Source: a virus
DNA length: 64,000 nucleotides
Virus record (IMG/VR): IMGVR_UViG_2630968591_000003
Coordinates: 870 to 64,869 of that record
Reading direction: 5' to 3' (one strand)
Shown here: positions 63,839 to 64,000 of the stretch, piece after piece
Numbering within the stretch: position 1 is the first letter of the stretch
Layout: every line of letters starts with the position of its first letter
Program-made: the position numbers and the translations under genes
Notes under the pieces: model-generated
What the model was told of the DNA's origin: nothing
The model's input: the letters and a program-made list of their open reading frames with translations, nothing else
Databases searched by the model: none

Positions 63839-64000
63839 TTAGTTGTCGCCCTTCCTCGCCCACTGCAGCAGCTCAGTCCGGGGGCTAAACCGAGGCGAGA
63901 CGAGCCATGCCGCAAAGACCGGTTCCCATTCCTCCCAAACGTAATCGTCGAGATCGAACTCCTCATCGATCCGGCCGGTGCCGTGCTCGCACAAAAACGC
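63839..64000 (-). CDS. 3' end of a hypothetical protein entering from the right edge
   Basis: AFLCEHGTGRIDEEFDLDDYVWEEWEPVFAAWLVSPRFSPRTELLQWARKGDN-stop. Confidence 0.5.
   Translation of the reverse strand, partial: AFLCEHGTGRIDEEFDLDDYVWEEWEPVFAAWLVSPRFSPRTELLQWARKGDN

Noticed and set aside
63839-64000. Apparent frameshift in the right-edge ORF
   Set aside because: Recount of the G5 run shows a single clean frame ending at 63839; the 63745..63966 track ORF is an alternative frame
1-64000. attL/attR core duplication or terminal repeats
   Set aside because: No matching end sequences seen; the integrase continues beyond the left edge, so att lies outside the window

Overview
The window is essentially one whole temperate phage or prophage, GC-rich and most consistent with a Burkholderiaceae host (inference from protein families and composition). 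It begins at the left edge with a Xis-like gene overlapping a probable integrase 5' end. A leftward early operon (0.3-13.6 kb) carries an HD alarmone-hydrolase-like gene, DUF1643, DUF4031, MazG-like, ASCH-like, YqaJ exonuclease plus a partner, and an acyl carrier protein. A lambdoid switch follows (pL, a two-gene cassette behind cI, cI/oR/cro, cII-like), then DUF1376 initiator plus DnaC-like loader and a nin-like region with a Q-like gene and late promoter. The virion module is a Bcep781-like contractile-tail type (TerS, TerL, portal, MuF-like, Nudix-DUF2213, capsid, sheath, tube, tape measure-SLT, baseplate). After it come two beta-helix tailspike-like genes, a dispersed lysis region, and an antisense 865-aa glycosyltransferase near the right edge. 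No rRNA, tRNA, CRISPR array, reverse transcriptase or att site was found. The best candidates for new biology are: (1) fibre/tailspike-type proteins in the virion operon that carry classical Sec signal peptides; (2) two copies of a fully covarying three-way-junction RNA element, one directly after the major capsid gene and one after the tail tube gene; (3) a phage acyl carrier protein alongside alarmone-degrading-type enzymes; (4) a rexAB-position two-gene cassette; (5) early genes built from modules joined by recurrent DNA microhomologies. All family calls come from motif recognition by eye, and no searches were run.
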